Origin: Octopus sinensis
Lineage: Eukaryota
Reading direction: 5' to 3'
Length of the DNA: 64,000 nt
Assembly: GCF_006345805.1 (NCBI RefSeq)
Contig: NC_042998.1
Location: 9,238,001 to 9,302,000 of the forward strand
Position numbers and translations under genes: made by a program. The notes under the pieces were generated by a model, which worked only from the letters and a program-made list of their open reading frames with translations, searched no databases and had not been told where the DNA came from. Positions 51,554-64,000 of this stretch are shown here, in pieces. Numbering within the stretch: the stretch's first letter is position 1; each line of letters begins with the position of its first letter.

Positions 51554-51700
51554 GTAACGGCAAACGGGTTTTAACGGAAGTAGCCGAGTGCGTGTTAGTC
51601 TTAAAGCGGTCCCGCCTTGATTCAACTGATGAACTTGACAGCAGCCCTTTACAGGTGGTTTATTATCTGGCAGCCAAATCGGGTTTTTTGACGCTGTCTT
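51554..51700 (-). other. Candidate non-coding first exon (5'UTR), possibly of the FAM81-like gene
   Basis: Consensus minus-strand donor CGTTAC|gtaagt (intron starts at 51553) inside the CpG-rich island. No ATG in the ~100 nt upstream of the donor. The upstream boundary is a guess. Confidence 0.35.
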
Positions 51701-52232
51701 CCCCAATTACTGAAGCTGATCAGGATATTATAAATGTAGCTCCCCACAGGAAATAACCAAAGTGAAAAAGGAATGAAAGAATAAGTACAAAATGTTATAA
51801 GCTCAAAGAAAAAAAAAATTATATCGAGTCGTTGTGGAAAAAGCAAAAAAAAAAAAAGGAAAAGAAGCGGCGAAAAATAATGTCAAAAGATTTCTGATGA
51901 ATTTTATTTAAAAAAATTCTGTCTGCATATAAATAGAATTGTATCATTTCGGCTGGCGATTTTTTAAAACAAAGAAAAGGAGAAAAATATATTATTTTGT
52001 CTGTGTTCGTTAGACAAACCCCTTTAGTTTTCCTTGGAGAAAAGAGAAAGAGAATTCTCGTTTCTTTTAATGCACTTGTTCCCGGTTTCGATTCTGCAGA
52101 GAGCCAGCCAGCCATGTTGCGCACCCGGTGAAGGGAAAATTGAGGTTTTGACGCCGTTGACAGCGACCTGTCTCGTGAGATATAAATGTTTTGCTATCTT
52201 TAATTCTATCTAAACGTCTTTACAAACCAAAA

Positions 52233-52299
52233 ATGTCTGTATCAAGCGAGTTAGATGTTGAAAACTTAGGAGGGCAAATACCTCAGCCGCACTACAGAA
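52233..52299 (+). CDS. Candidate first coding exon of an unidentified plus-strand gene (MSVSSELDVENLGGQIPQPHYR, phase 1)
   Basis: aaaATG context at 52233, 22 open codons plus 1 nt, then a consensus donor GAA|gtaagt at 52300, within the CpG-rich island. Confidence 0.5.
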
Positions 52300-52844
52300 G
52301 TAAGTATAACGACTTTTTTTTTTTTTGTCAATTATTTCCATAATTTAATTCAATTTAGTCCCGTTATTCGATTTGATCTTTTTCCTATTTTGTATATAAG
52401 TTTAAATACTGTGTTCCAACCCAGTTCTGAAGTGATGTAGTTGGCTTATTACAGAAGCAGCTAACCGCCCTGTTTCCCTCTTTCAAAAGACTCATCTCTC
52501 ATCACACACTTCTAACCTTTACACATTGACTCAGGCTTACATTTCTCTTTTTCTTTAACTCTTTCTTCAACTTTTTTTCCTTTTTGGGCGAACCAACAAC
52601 GAAGCTTTTATGTGGCCACTCGACCTCTCAGAAGCGGCTTCGAAATTTCTCACGAATCGTATCCCCCAACATCTCTTTAAGTAAGGAAGGAACACATTAG
52701 TTAGTCTAGTCATACACACACCCCTACGAAAAACCCACTGTCACGGCTGGAATGTCTTTAATCATAGGTTGGCTTAATCAAGCTGAAGAAAATAATAAAT
52801 AAAAAACGCTTTCTTCTCTCTCTTATTCTCTCCATTTGCCCACT

Positions 52845-53230
52845 TGTCTGCCTATTTCTGTCACTTTGCTTCTCTCTCTCTAACTTTCCGTCTCCGTGTC
52901 TCTTTCTATCTGTCTCTGTCCATCTTTCCGTTTCTGTCTGTCTCTCTCTGTCCATCTGTCTGTCTTTGTCTCTCTGCCTGTCTCTATCTTTCTGTCTCTC
53001 TCTATCCATCTTTCTGTCTCTATTTGTCTCTGTCCATCTTTCTGTCTCTCTGTCTCTATCCATCTTTCTATCTGTTTGTCTCTATCCCTCTTTCCGTCTC
53101 TCTCTATCTATCCATCTTTGTCTCCCTGTCCATCTTTCTGTTTGTCTCTCTCTATCCATCTCTTTCTATTTCTCTCTCTGCCTCCGTCCATCTCTCCATC
53201 TCTGTCCATCTCTCTCCATACTTTTCCTTC
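52845..53230. repeat. Degenerate polypyrimidine (CT/CTGT/CCAT) tract
   Basis: Direct reading; explains the Ser/Leu and Arg/Asp/Glu ORFs. Confidence 0.9.
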
Positions 53231-56200
53231 TTTCATCTCTTTCTGCGTTTCTTTTTCTATTATTCTGCGTCTCATTCGTCCTTAATCTCACCCCAACACT
53301 TTTTCAGGTTTTTTTCTCTCCTTTTAAATATATTTTTATCCCTTTTCCCCTCTGAATATATATTAACTTTCCCCCCATTTCATCTCTCATTTCATTACTC
53401 GATATAATCTAAAACTTCTAAGAATTCTGTTAAATCCTCGCTCAAAAAAGTTATGAGATTTAATCAGTTTTCTAAATTAAGTTTCCTCACAATGAATGCA
53501 TAGAGAGATATTTAAAGAAAGTACATTTCAATTTATGGATGTAAAATGATTCTTTACAAAACCAAGAATGTTTTCACTTTAGTGAAATATACAGCCGTTA
53601 TTATATGTGTCATTAGTGTTACGCAGTTTAATAATTTGTCAATGAACTCACTATAAAATATTGAATACATAAAAGGTAACTAAAGGTATCATTACAATAA
53701 ACCGTTTTCTGTCTTTTGTACTTATACCATTCATACATACTCATATGGAATCATTCTTTATCATTTTTTTCTTCTCATTATTAGTAGCGAAATCCGATCT
53801 TCCCCGTATTTCCAGATATTTTCTTGTTTGTTTATTAGTGTTGATAGAAAATACTTCATATTTTCCAGCGGTTTTCCCAACTACAATTGGCCTTAATTCT
53901 CTTCTTCTTCTCTCGCATTCCCCAAACCCTATATATATCTTCTTCTCCGGCATGCTTCATTCAGATACTAAACATATTGAGCCTGCTACTTTTTTTTTAC
54001 TAAGTCTGCAGCCTTTTATAGCAGACCAAATTTATTTCTGTTTGTGCCTATCGAGTGGAGTAAAAACGAGAAAAATATTGATTTTTATGTTAGATACTTT
54101 TGACCTCTTATCAAACCATGCTAAGATGTTATAGTAGAGCCCTATTTTTCAAGGAGGCATTAATCTGTAGCACAAATTCCTTACTAATTGATTTCTCTAA
54201 GGAATGGAATATGAGGTTGAGAAGAAGAAAAGAAAAATAAAGATAACATAGAAATGAACGATTCAAAACATGTTGCGATTATTGTAATGTTGTGAAAATT
54301 ATTCAGCATTCAATTTCGTAAAAATTCCTTTATATATATATCTATATATATATATATTTATTTATTTATACAGCGCTGCACACAATTTTCCGTTGTGGTA
54401 ATGGCGCAAAACAATTATATTCGTTTTCCCACACTTTGATTGATGTTGCCGGTTTAAGGATGTAATTGCCATTTACTCCCGAAAGACTCATGCTTCTAGC
54501 ATTGGAATGGGTGCAGCTCAAATATCAGGATTTTCCCCCTGCACAATCATCATATCATTGGGTTTTACAAAAGAAAAATGCGATTGTCTAAGATAGTTGG
54601 CATGCCATCAAATTCCTCCTTTCGCGACTCTACTCCTTTTCTTTCATTCTTTCTTTCTCTCTCTCTCTACCTGTGTTTCCTGTCAGATATGCCACATAAC
54701 ACACGTAGACGTGTTCTAGCTGTCACTGCTTCCTGGTAAACAATCCGAAATAAAAAATAAAAAAAACCGTTCGTGTTACACCATAATGCGTATTCTGTAC
54801 ACGTTTCGTATGTTTTCTATGACTGGTGCTTGTTGGTTCGCCTTTTGATTCATTTGTAAACATGTTGGAGATAATTCTATACACTTACACGTGTATAAAG
54901 ACACAAACGTGCTCGTGTTTGGTTTATTAGCTGAAATCAATACTCCCGGTGGATTTAATGAAAACAAATATAAGCTATCCAGTGAAAGATTATTATTATT
55001 ATTATTTGCAAGTGCGCTTTAGTGTAATTTGCAAGGAATTAAGCGAAGGAAAATAAGAGTATTTCACTGATTGAATTTTTTCTTTCTTATATTATTTGTA
55101 CATCTCTAGCCTAAATTTCCTATTCAGTTCCGACGAAAACATTTAGCTTTTTGGAAAGTAGGGTAAATTTAACATGTGGAAAATAAAACTTTTTTTTTCT
55201 TCTTTTAAGAGAAAGAACATTTAAAATATAAGACAAAATAATGCAGTTTTTTATTAACACATTTCGTGGAGGCGTGCATATGTGGTGTAACTGTGTTAGT
55301 AGTGAATAGGTATTTGTTTTCTTCTCATTCTTCCCCCAACCCTAACAGAACTGATGTAGTATATTCCTTTCATTGAGACACACATAACTCAGACCCAAGT
55401 AAATAAAGTAGGTCTTTCATTTCAATGGAAACCATTGTTGTAGGTTTACATATATATAAACCCTTATATATTCCAGTTTCCACACCTCCCCCCTTTTTAA
55501 ATTCACCTATTTTACATGTCCCTGTTTTATATTAGACTAAATTTTCGTCATTTAATTTACTCAAATATTTTATTTCGGATGTGTGTGTGTGTGTGTGTGC
55601 GCGCACTGCCCAAATGAACAGCGGTTATGATAATATTGCCAGGATATATCGTCTAATCCCTTGTAAGTGTTTAGTTTATATCAAGTATGTGCCTGTTAAT
55701 GTACTAAATAAACCGTACAGTTCGCCTGTGTAGGAAAGGTTGATAGTAGAGGGTACAAAACACCAACCGGCACGTGAAGGTATTTCATTGTACTTCACTG
55801 TTCTCTGGTTGGCAGAACTTACTGCAAATACTAATATTGTATTGGTTGACACTGAAAATTATTTTCTACTCTAATACTATGGTGTAATGTGTGTAGTAAC
55901 CAAGAATACACTTGAGTGAAAGCAAACACACTGCTTGTTCTAGCCTACTCATTTTGTGTAAAGGCATATAATGCACATAAGGGAATTGAATTGGAATCTA
56001 GGTTTTTGATTTGAGGGAGGGAATTAAACAAACTGTAGTAAAAATGACATAAGTCACATTGCCATTGTGGAATGAGCACTTGCAGAAATAATGTGAAATA
56101 ATTTAAAAAATTTAACTTGAAAATATCCCACTGGTTTACTGCTATCCGTTATGCACATTGGTCTCCAGAGACTGCTAAATGGGATGTCGAATTCGATTGC

Positions 56201-56576
56201 CCAATTAATAATACATGCACTCAGCCTCCTCAATTAGATGGTTGTTCGGACTGCCAAAAATAGCCAAATTTACCTCAAATCACAGCCTACATCTTGGAGA
56301 AAGGAGAAGCATTGATTAATATGGTTCAGCACACCCCTAAATAGATCACATGGTCACTGCTGGTATACTTTTTTTCATTGATCTGACAAGTAGTATGAGG
56401 TTGAAGAATAATATCTGTGCATTGTAGGAAATTTGAAGGTGGTGGGTACAGGCTTGTGCAACCTGCTGCAGGCTTCTGTGTAGTTGCTTGACCTGCTAGA
56501 AAATACCCGAATCACTACTTGTCTTAAAATAAAAGGGATATATTGGATAATCTAATTTTATATATATATATATATA

Positions 56577-57662
56577 GGCGCAGGAGTGGCTGTGTGGTAA
56601 GTAGCTTGTTTACCAACCACATGGTTCCGGGTTCAGTCCCACTGCGTGGCATCTTGGGCAAGTATCTTCTACTATAGCCTTGGGCCGACCAAAGCCTTGT
56701 GAGTGGATTTGGTAGACGGAAACTGAAAGAAGCCTGTCGTATATATGTATATCGACTGGCCTCCGTGCTGTGGGCACGTAACAAACACCATCCGATCGTG
56801 GCCGTTCGCCAGCCTCATCTGGCACCTGTGTCGGTGGCACATAAAAACACCATCCGAAGACCCGGCAAGACTAGTCAGGCCATAACCCGTGGCCCCTACC
56901 TGGGACGTAGTCAGTCCACCTGTGCATACCTTCCTTCTTGTGACACTTGTGAAGACCTGTTGAGGCAAGTGAAAATCAAATCAAAACAAATCAAAGTAGA
57001 TGAACATCAATGGAATTTGTATCTTTGTGGTACCAGTGCCGGTGGCACACAAGAAAATCATCCGAACGTGGCCGTAGCCAGTACCGCATAGACTGGCCTC
57101 CGTGCTTTGGGATGTAACAAACACCATCCGATGTGGCCGTCCGCCAGCCTCATCTGGCACCTGTGTCGGTGGCACATAAAAACACCATCCGAGCGTGGCC
57201 GTCTGCCAGCCTCGTCTGGCACCTGTGTCGGTGGCACATAAAAACACCATCCGAGCGTGGCCGTTCGCCAGCCTCGTCTGGCACCTGTGTCGGTGGCACA
57301 TAAAATCACCCACTACACTCTCGGAGTGGTTGGCGTTAGGAAGGGCATCCAGCTGTAGAAACACTGCCAGATCTGACTGGCCTGGTGCAGCCTTCGGGCT
57401 CCCCAGACCCCAGTTGAACCGTCCAACCCATGCTAGCATGGAAAACGGACGCTAAATGATGATGATGATGATATATATGCGTGTGTGTGTTTGTCCCCCT
57501 AGCATTGCTTGACAACCGATGCTGGTGTGTTTATGTCCCAGCAAAAGAGACCGATAGAATAAGTACTGGGCTTACAAAAGAATAAGTCCCAGGGTCGAGT
57601 TGCTCGATTAAAGGCGGTGCTCCAGCATGGCCGCAGTCAAAATGACTGAAACAAGTAAAAAG
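56577..57662 (+). mobile_element. SINE-A split by a family-C element (56753-57471)
   Basis: The 5' half ends at, and the 3' half resumes at, the internal TA microsatellite. Confidence 0.88.
56753..57471 (+). mobile_element. Long family-C element with ~62-bp tandem units
   Basis: Units at 57121-57305 plus a duplicate block at 56753-56855. Confidence 0.85.
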
Positions 57663-58824
57663 AAAAAAAAAGAAATAGGTACAGATGTGGTAAGAAGCTT
57701 GCTTCCCAATCATATGGTTCCAAGCACAGCCTCACTGCATGGCACCTTGAGCAAGTGTCTGCTATAGCCTTGAGCCGTTCAAACCCTTGTGAGTGAATTT
57801 GGTAGACAGAAACTGAAAGAAACCCATTGTGTATATGTCTGTGTTTGTCCCCACCTCCTTACCGTTTGACAATTAACAGTACTGTTTTAGATGACCCATC
57901 ACAGTCACTTATGTAGATTACTCATAATTTGACTGAAATGCTTTATAATGCCATTTAATGATCAAAGACTTTCTTTGAAACTTCCACTAGTCTACTGTGA
58001 ATATTTACATAAGAATGTAGAATGGCTAAGAATATCACTTAGCATATCAATGGAAATAGTAGTTGTGATACCTGTGCCAGTGGCACATATAAAGCACCAT
58101 CCGAACGTGACCGATGCCAGCACCGCCTCGACTGGCTTCTGTGCCGGTGGCACGTAAAAAGCACCATCCGAGCGTGACCGATGCCAGTGCCGCCTTGACT
58201 GGCTTCGTGCCGGTGGCACGTTAAAAGCACCAACCGATCGTGGCCGCTGCCAGACTCCCCTGGTACCTGTGCCGGTGGCACGTAATAAGCACCCACTACA
58301 CTGGTGGAGTGGTTGGCGTTAGGAAGAGCATCCAGCTGTAGAAACACTGCCAGATCAGACTGGAGCCTGGTGCAGCCTCCTGGCTTCCCAGACCCCGGTT
58401 GAACCGTGCTAGCGCGGAAAACAGACATTAAACGATGATGATGATGATGATCAGTGGATAGTGTTTTCACCCATAGTCCCAGGTTGACCCAAGCTTTGTA
58501 ATTTTTTGTTAGAACTGTAGAAGCATGCTGGCTAGACTTTTCCCTGTATTTGAAACCCTGACCTTAATGTAATGCCTGAGCATTACATCAAGGATACAGG
58601 TTGTCTCATTCATTGACTAACTCATTAATTGAAACTGATATCTGTCATATTGGAGCTTAGAAGCAGCTCTCATCTTAATATGACAAGATAATGGGTATCT
58701 ACCTTTTCTATATATTTGTAATGAATACAATTACAGCAAACTACATCCTTACAGCCAGCTAGTGCTGGCTGGAAGATCATGGGTCTGTAAATGATGTGAC
58801 TGTTCTATGGTTGGAAACATTTAG

Positions 58825-59227
58825 CCTTTAGCTTTCAGATTAATCCATCAGATGTAATGTTTATTTTACTTTGTTTTCAATTAATTGTGCATTACCTCGT
58901 AGCCTCCCAGCCTCGCCTGGCACCTGTGCAGGTGGCACGTAAAAAGCACCCACTACACTAACGGAGTGGTTGGTGTTAGGGAGGGCATCCAGCCGTAGAA
59001 GCACTGCCAGATCAGACTGGAGCCTGGTGCAGCCTTCTGGCTTCCCAGATCCCCGATCGAACCGTCCAACCCATGCTAGCATGGAGAACGGACGTTAAAT
59101 GATGATGATGTGACTACATATCTTTAAAATGACATTGTAGGGTAGATGTGAGAAGCCAGATCTAGCTGGTTTGAACATAAAACATAGCATATTTGGGTCT
59201 GACATAGCTGGTTTTAATGCTAAAGTA
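58825..59227. mobile_element. Copy of the 61632 MITE interrupted by a family-C retroposon (58904-59110)
   Basis: Left and right halves match 61632-61830 (aatgacattgtag...gatct.gc.ggttt.aacataaaa) on either side of the insert. Confidence 0.7.
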
Positions 59228-59702
59228 TTAAATGACTGTGCTATCCAAATAAGGATATATTTTGCTGAGACATGAATTTACTAATCAAGAGCAGAGTACA
59301 CACTTCAGTGATGTTATGAATGTTCTGAAAGTAGTCATTGTGTTTGTCAACTATCACCTTCAGGATTCTCATTCTTTTTGTGAGAAATTAATGAGCAGTG
59401 CTAAGGTATCCTCAGCTGTGTTCTAGATTATGTAGGTTATTCCATTTCCCTGCCTATTTTGGTTGGGTCCTGTAATATACATATTTCTGACAGTCTATCC
59501 CATTGACATCATCATCATCGTTTAATGCCTGCTTTCCATGCTAGCATGGACTGGACGATTTTAACTGAGGGCTGGCGAACCAGATGGCTGCACCAGGCTC
59601 CAATCGTGATTTGACAGAATTTCTACAGCTGGATGCCCTTCCTAACGCCAACCACTCCGAAATTGTAGTGGGTGCTTTTTACATGCCACCGGCATGGGTG
59701 CC

Positions 59703-59917
59703 GAAACGTTAGCACGCCGGGCGAAATGCTTAGCGGTATTTCATCTGCGTTACGTTGTGAGTTCAAATTCCGCCGAGGTCGACTTTGCCTTTCATCCTTT
59801 CGGGGTCGATAAATTAAGTACCAGTTACGCACTGGGGTCGATGTAATCGACTTAATACCTATGTCTGTCCTTGTTTGTCCCCTCTGTGTTTAGCCCCTTG
59901 TGGGTAATAAAGAAATA
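59703..59917 (+). mobile_element. SINE-B inserted in a family-C copy (59508-59990 minus)
   Basis: Family-C sequence continues on both sides. Confidence 0.85.
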
Positions 59918-61631
59918 GGTACTGGCAACAACCTCGCTCGAATCTTTTTACACATGCCACCGGCACGGAGCCAGTTGGCTGCTCTGGCGACAATCATCAT
60001 CATCATTTAACATCTATGTTCCATGCTGGCATAGTTTGGATGGTTTAACAAGATCCATTCGGCTCAAGGACTGCATCTTTCCCCAGTGTCTGCTTTGACA
60101 TGGTTTTTATAGCTGATGCCCTTCTAACACCACCCATTTCACACCATATATTGGGTGCTTTTTTCCGTGCCACCAACACTAAAGTTAACATGTACTTTGC
60201 AAGGCTACAAACCCTGAGGTGGATGGAGAGACTTTATACTAGATGAGGAATAGAAAGGTAAAGTATGAGAGAGAGAGAGAGAAAAGGGCCAAAGTAGAAT
60301 AGATTTCTTGTTGCAGAAGAGCCAGCTACACGACAATACTCACATTTTTGAAGAGAAGGTGAGGGTGATCAGGTGAAGCTGGAAAATGATAGAAATAGTG
60401 GTGATCAGGTGTTCAGATGGACTTTGGAGGTATGGAGCTGGTAGGAGGAACGAGTGAGGAAGAGGGGCCAGGAGTGAGTGGAGGATGTCTGATAATACAG
60501 AATAGCAAAATAGTTATTGTGATACAGTAAACAGAAGGTTGACAGAAATATGAGATACTGTTGGGTAGGTTGCAGGTGTGAATGGGGAAGTGAGAGTCAG
60601 GTGGGAGAGGAGAAATAATTTGGTAGCACAGTTGGGAGTGGGTGATCAGTGGAAGTTTGGGTGAAAAAAACTGCTATAAAAAAATAAATCCTATATAGAA
60701 AATGAAATGAAGAACATAAATAGGGATTCTCAGAGTTCGTTGTTGGTATCTGCTGGAGCCATTGTGATCAATTTCACTACTGATAGTGAGGGACATGACA
60801 CTACCATAACTGTGGTCCTAGGTTTTGCCATCTTTTGTCACATAATTCACCTGCCACTGCCTTTTTCATTTGCTTAGTGGTATTGTAGTATTGGTGCAAT
60901 ACACTAGCACACATCATGAAACAGCTGGGGCTAGTGAGGGAGCACTTAGGATCCCATCTGCTGGAAATGTCATCCACTGACATCTTTAAAAGTGGACAGT
61001 TTGAATAATTTAGTTCCAGAGAGCCTGTTTGGAGGGGGGGAAGCTGGGTCAGTTACATTTGAAATACTTTTGATCACAGGTTTTCATGTTGAAGATGTTT
61101 TAAACAAATTGAAACAGAAACTGGAAAAACAACAAAAAAAAAATGATTACTTTCGGCCAATAAGGTATCTTTTACAGGATTACTTGATTTACTAAAAACA
61201 GCAGTCAAGTGACCCGCAAATTCCATCTTACTGTCTTAAAACAAAAGAGAAAGACATATTAAATAACATAGTTCTACACAGATTGCTTGAAGTAAAGATG
61301 GACTGATTACCACTTGAATGCCTCTGATCATAGAACAGTTCATTCAGATCTTACCTAGCAATAAATATTAGATATCAGCATGTGTGGTGATAAATGTCTG
61401 AGATAAAGTGACTCATAGTTGGACTATGAGCTTCATCTTTAAAGATGAAACTCACTCTGATAGTAAATATTTTTTTCCCCAACTTTATTTTACATTGTTA
61501 TTGTATAGCACTTCCTCCCACCCCTCGCTACAGCTCAGCATTGATATTAAATGGACTTATAGTCAATGGCATATCAGATGTAACTGTTCTATTTTTGATA
61601 TTATATCTACTCTACAGTTCAGTTGGTTTAA

Positions 61632-61830
61632 CCTGTTAGTGTTCAGATTACTCTGACAAATATGTTTGTTTATTGTATTGAATTAATCATGCATTTATCT
61701 TGTATAGAGATTTCACTGATGTGATTGTTTAGTCTTAGAATGACATTGTAGAGTTAAGATGAAAGGCTGGATCTGGCCAGTTTCAACATAAAATAGGTTA
61801 CATATTTTGGCCGGTTTGAATGTTAAAGGG
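61632..61830. mobile_element. piggyBac-type MITE, second family
   Basis: TTAA flanks; imperfect TIRs cctgttagtgttc / gaatgttaaaggg. Confidence 0.75.
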
Positions 61831-62229
61831 TTAAATTGTTTGCTGTCTGCTATCAGGACTGGATTTAAATTCATGGCTTTATTTTTAAATTCTGCATTTA
61901 TCAGTGAGCTAGTGGATAGCTTTCCCCACTACCTTTGTTTATAAGTAAAGGTTCCTAGTTTGAATTCAGTGAGGTACTGTGTAAGATACATGACTGAAAC
62001 AAGATAGAACCTCATAGATAGTCAGAAAAGTGTTGCCACCTAAGAGGCAGCTATTACCAGGGAAACAAACATTTCTTCATAATATTTGGTGGAATTAGAA
62101 ATCCATGTTTGAAATCAAGGAAAAAAAAAAGAAGCAGTATAAAATATTTTTTCTTTCTCTTGCTCATCCACAATGAAGCACCCAACATTTTTAGTCAATG
62201 GAATTCCTGGACAGCACCATCCCTTCCCC

Positions 62230-62456
62230 TTAGTCCGTTCACTCCCGACCCGGTTGAAACCGCTTCTGGCTCTGTTGTATGTAGTACAAATGTTTTGTTT
62301 TCATAAATTTTGAATTAAAATCTTCCACCAAACCTTAGTTGGAATTTTTGTTCCTAACACTAGTTTAATGATAACTAAGTCATTTCACTAAATTATTTGT
62401 TAAAATTAATTGAAAGAAACACAGAGCACCTCAAAACAAATATGGCAATGAAATGG
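62230..62456. mobile_element. Diverged copy of the 43031 piggyBac MITE
   Basis: Shared body (ttttcataaattttgaattaaaatcttccaccaaaccttag); decayed right TIR followed by TTAA. Confidence 0.75.
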
Positions 62457-63428
62457 TTAAAGGCCATCAGCATGAGATAACTTAACAAATATTGGTTTCA
62501 AATTTTGGTGTGAGGCCAACAGTTTCAAGGGAGGCTTAAGTCGATTACATCAGACTCCAGTGTGCAACTAGTACTTATTTCAAAGACCCCACCCCAAAAG
62601 AAAAGGATGAAAGGCAAAGTCGACCTTGGTGTAATTTGAACTAAGAATGCCTTACTAAATGCTTAGCAGCATTTTATCCATCTTTACATTCTAACCATTC
62701 TGCCAGCTCACAGCCTTAAATCTGAGATGTATTAATCGTTTTATGAAGCGAGACATTCCTCACTGATGGAAAATAATTACCGTCTGGAAAAATTATAAAT
62801 AGCACAAAGTCTGTGGGTTTCAGCCACATCATGTGTTTGTTTTGTAAACTGTCAACAAGACCACTAAGTCTATTTCTCTTGACAACTTACATTGAAGAAA
62901 CGAGTTCTTTGTCAACAGTTACAAATATTTTATTTCCTGCACCAATTCTTTTACTCATAATCATGACCTCCCAACTACTGTATTGTAAATGCTTGATTGT
63001 ATTGCTTGATGACTGTAAAATCTTGATCTAGCATCTTGTGCACATCAAGTAATTACAACAGTTATTCACTTGCTCTATGCAGATATACTGCAAAGGCTAT
63101 TGTTAACTAGGAAATCTAATATATACTTTCCATGTATTAAAACGGGTATCCTCCAGGCTTAGCATAGATGATCATAGTTCTGGCATCTGTCTGAAGAATA
63201 ATCTGTTGGCAGATGTTTTATGGCAAGTAGCACATGGTATTTGTGTGTTGGCTTATTGAAGAGATATAAATGCAAATTTCATATTAAGCAGTTACACTGA
63301 GCTTTGGCCACTTCAAGAAGCTACTACTGCCACAGTCAAAACTATTTTGCTTAGTATAGTACTAAGAATTCTGAAGTCAAGTTGTTGTGCCATTTTGTGT
63401 GTTGAGCACTAAAAAAGTTGCATTTGAC

Positions 63429-63464
<36 letters not shown>

Positions 63465-64000
63465 TCATCGTTTAACGTCCACTTTCCATGCTAGCATGGG
63501 TTGGATGGTTTGACTGGACTGGCAAACCAGATGGCTGCACTAGGCTCCAGTCTTGATCTGGCAGAGTTTCTACTGCTGGATGCCCTTCCGAATGCCAACC
63601 ACTCCGAGAGTGTAGTGGGTTTTATATATATATATACTCTTTTATACTCTTTTACATGTTTCAGTCATTTGACTGTGGCCATGCTGGAGCACTGCCTTTA
63701 ATCGAGCAACTCGACCCCGGCACTTATTCTTTTGTAAGCTCTCTAGCTTGCCAGCTCTGGTCAAACCGTCCAACCCATGCCAGTATGGAAAACAGATATT
63801 AAAGGATGATGATGATGATATAGATGCAGAGGTAAAAAAATTAATGAGAGGTAACAAACTAAATTCAAAGCCCTAGTTTGGATAATGAAACAATCTAAGC
63901 TATTTAAAATAATGAAAGTTAAATCTTGGAAAGAATAGTTACCTACTAGTTTATACTAATTAGTTTGTATCTTCAATTTTGTTGGTAAAGATACTGCTTG

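Larger units (their letters stand above)
51050..52700. promoter_or_regulatory. CpG-rich, transposon-free island; putative bidirectional promoter
   Basis: By eye about 18 CpG in 51421-51720 versus about 2 in a comparable non-TE 300 bp at 47041-47340. No SINE copies in about 50.7-56.5 kb. Divergent splice donors at 51553 (-) and 52300 (+). Confidence 0.6.

Noticed and set aside
52758-53407. Arg/Asp/Glu-rich and Ser/Leu-rich ORFs of 101-187 aa
   Set aside because: They are translations of the low-complexity CT/GA tract.
53745-54134. 129-aa hydrophobic ORF in the promoter-proximal region
   Set aside because: It reflects T-rich composition, with no recognisable domain or splice support.

Overview
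AT-rich animal genomic DNA, most likely an octopod cephalopod (inferred from recognisable SINE families and microsatellite load, not verified by search). Roughly half the window is transposon-derived: four tRNA-headed or RTE-tail retroposon families (labelled here A, B, C, D/E), CR1, RTE and R4/Dong-like LINE remnants, a deleted mariner, hAT, piggyBac and Tc1 MITEs, non-autonomous Helitrons, and Penelope-like (PLE) fragments with decayed hammerhead-ribozyme motifs. One convincing coding exon is present: FAM81-like, minus strand, 16615-16882. A CpG-rich, SINE-free island at about 51-55 kb holds a candidate non-coding first exon for that gene and, divergently, a candidate first coding exon of an unidentified plus-strand gene. 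Nearly all other ORFs in the six-frame track are translations of repeats. No rRNA, intact tRNA gene, CRISPR array or prokaryotic feature is supportable. The most unusual signals are fold-back inversions whose junctions fall on hammerhead cores, a young GC-rich CR1 fragment unlike its surroundings, and a templated inverted insertion inside a SINE.
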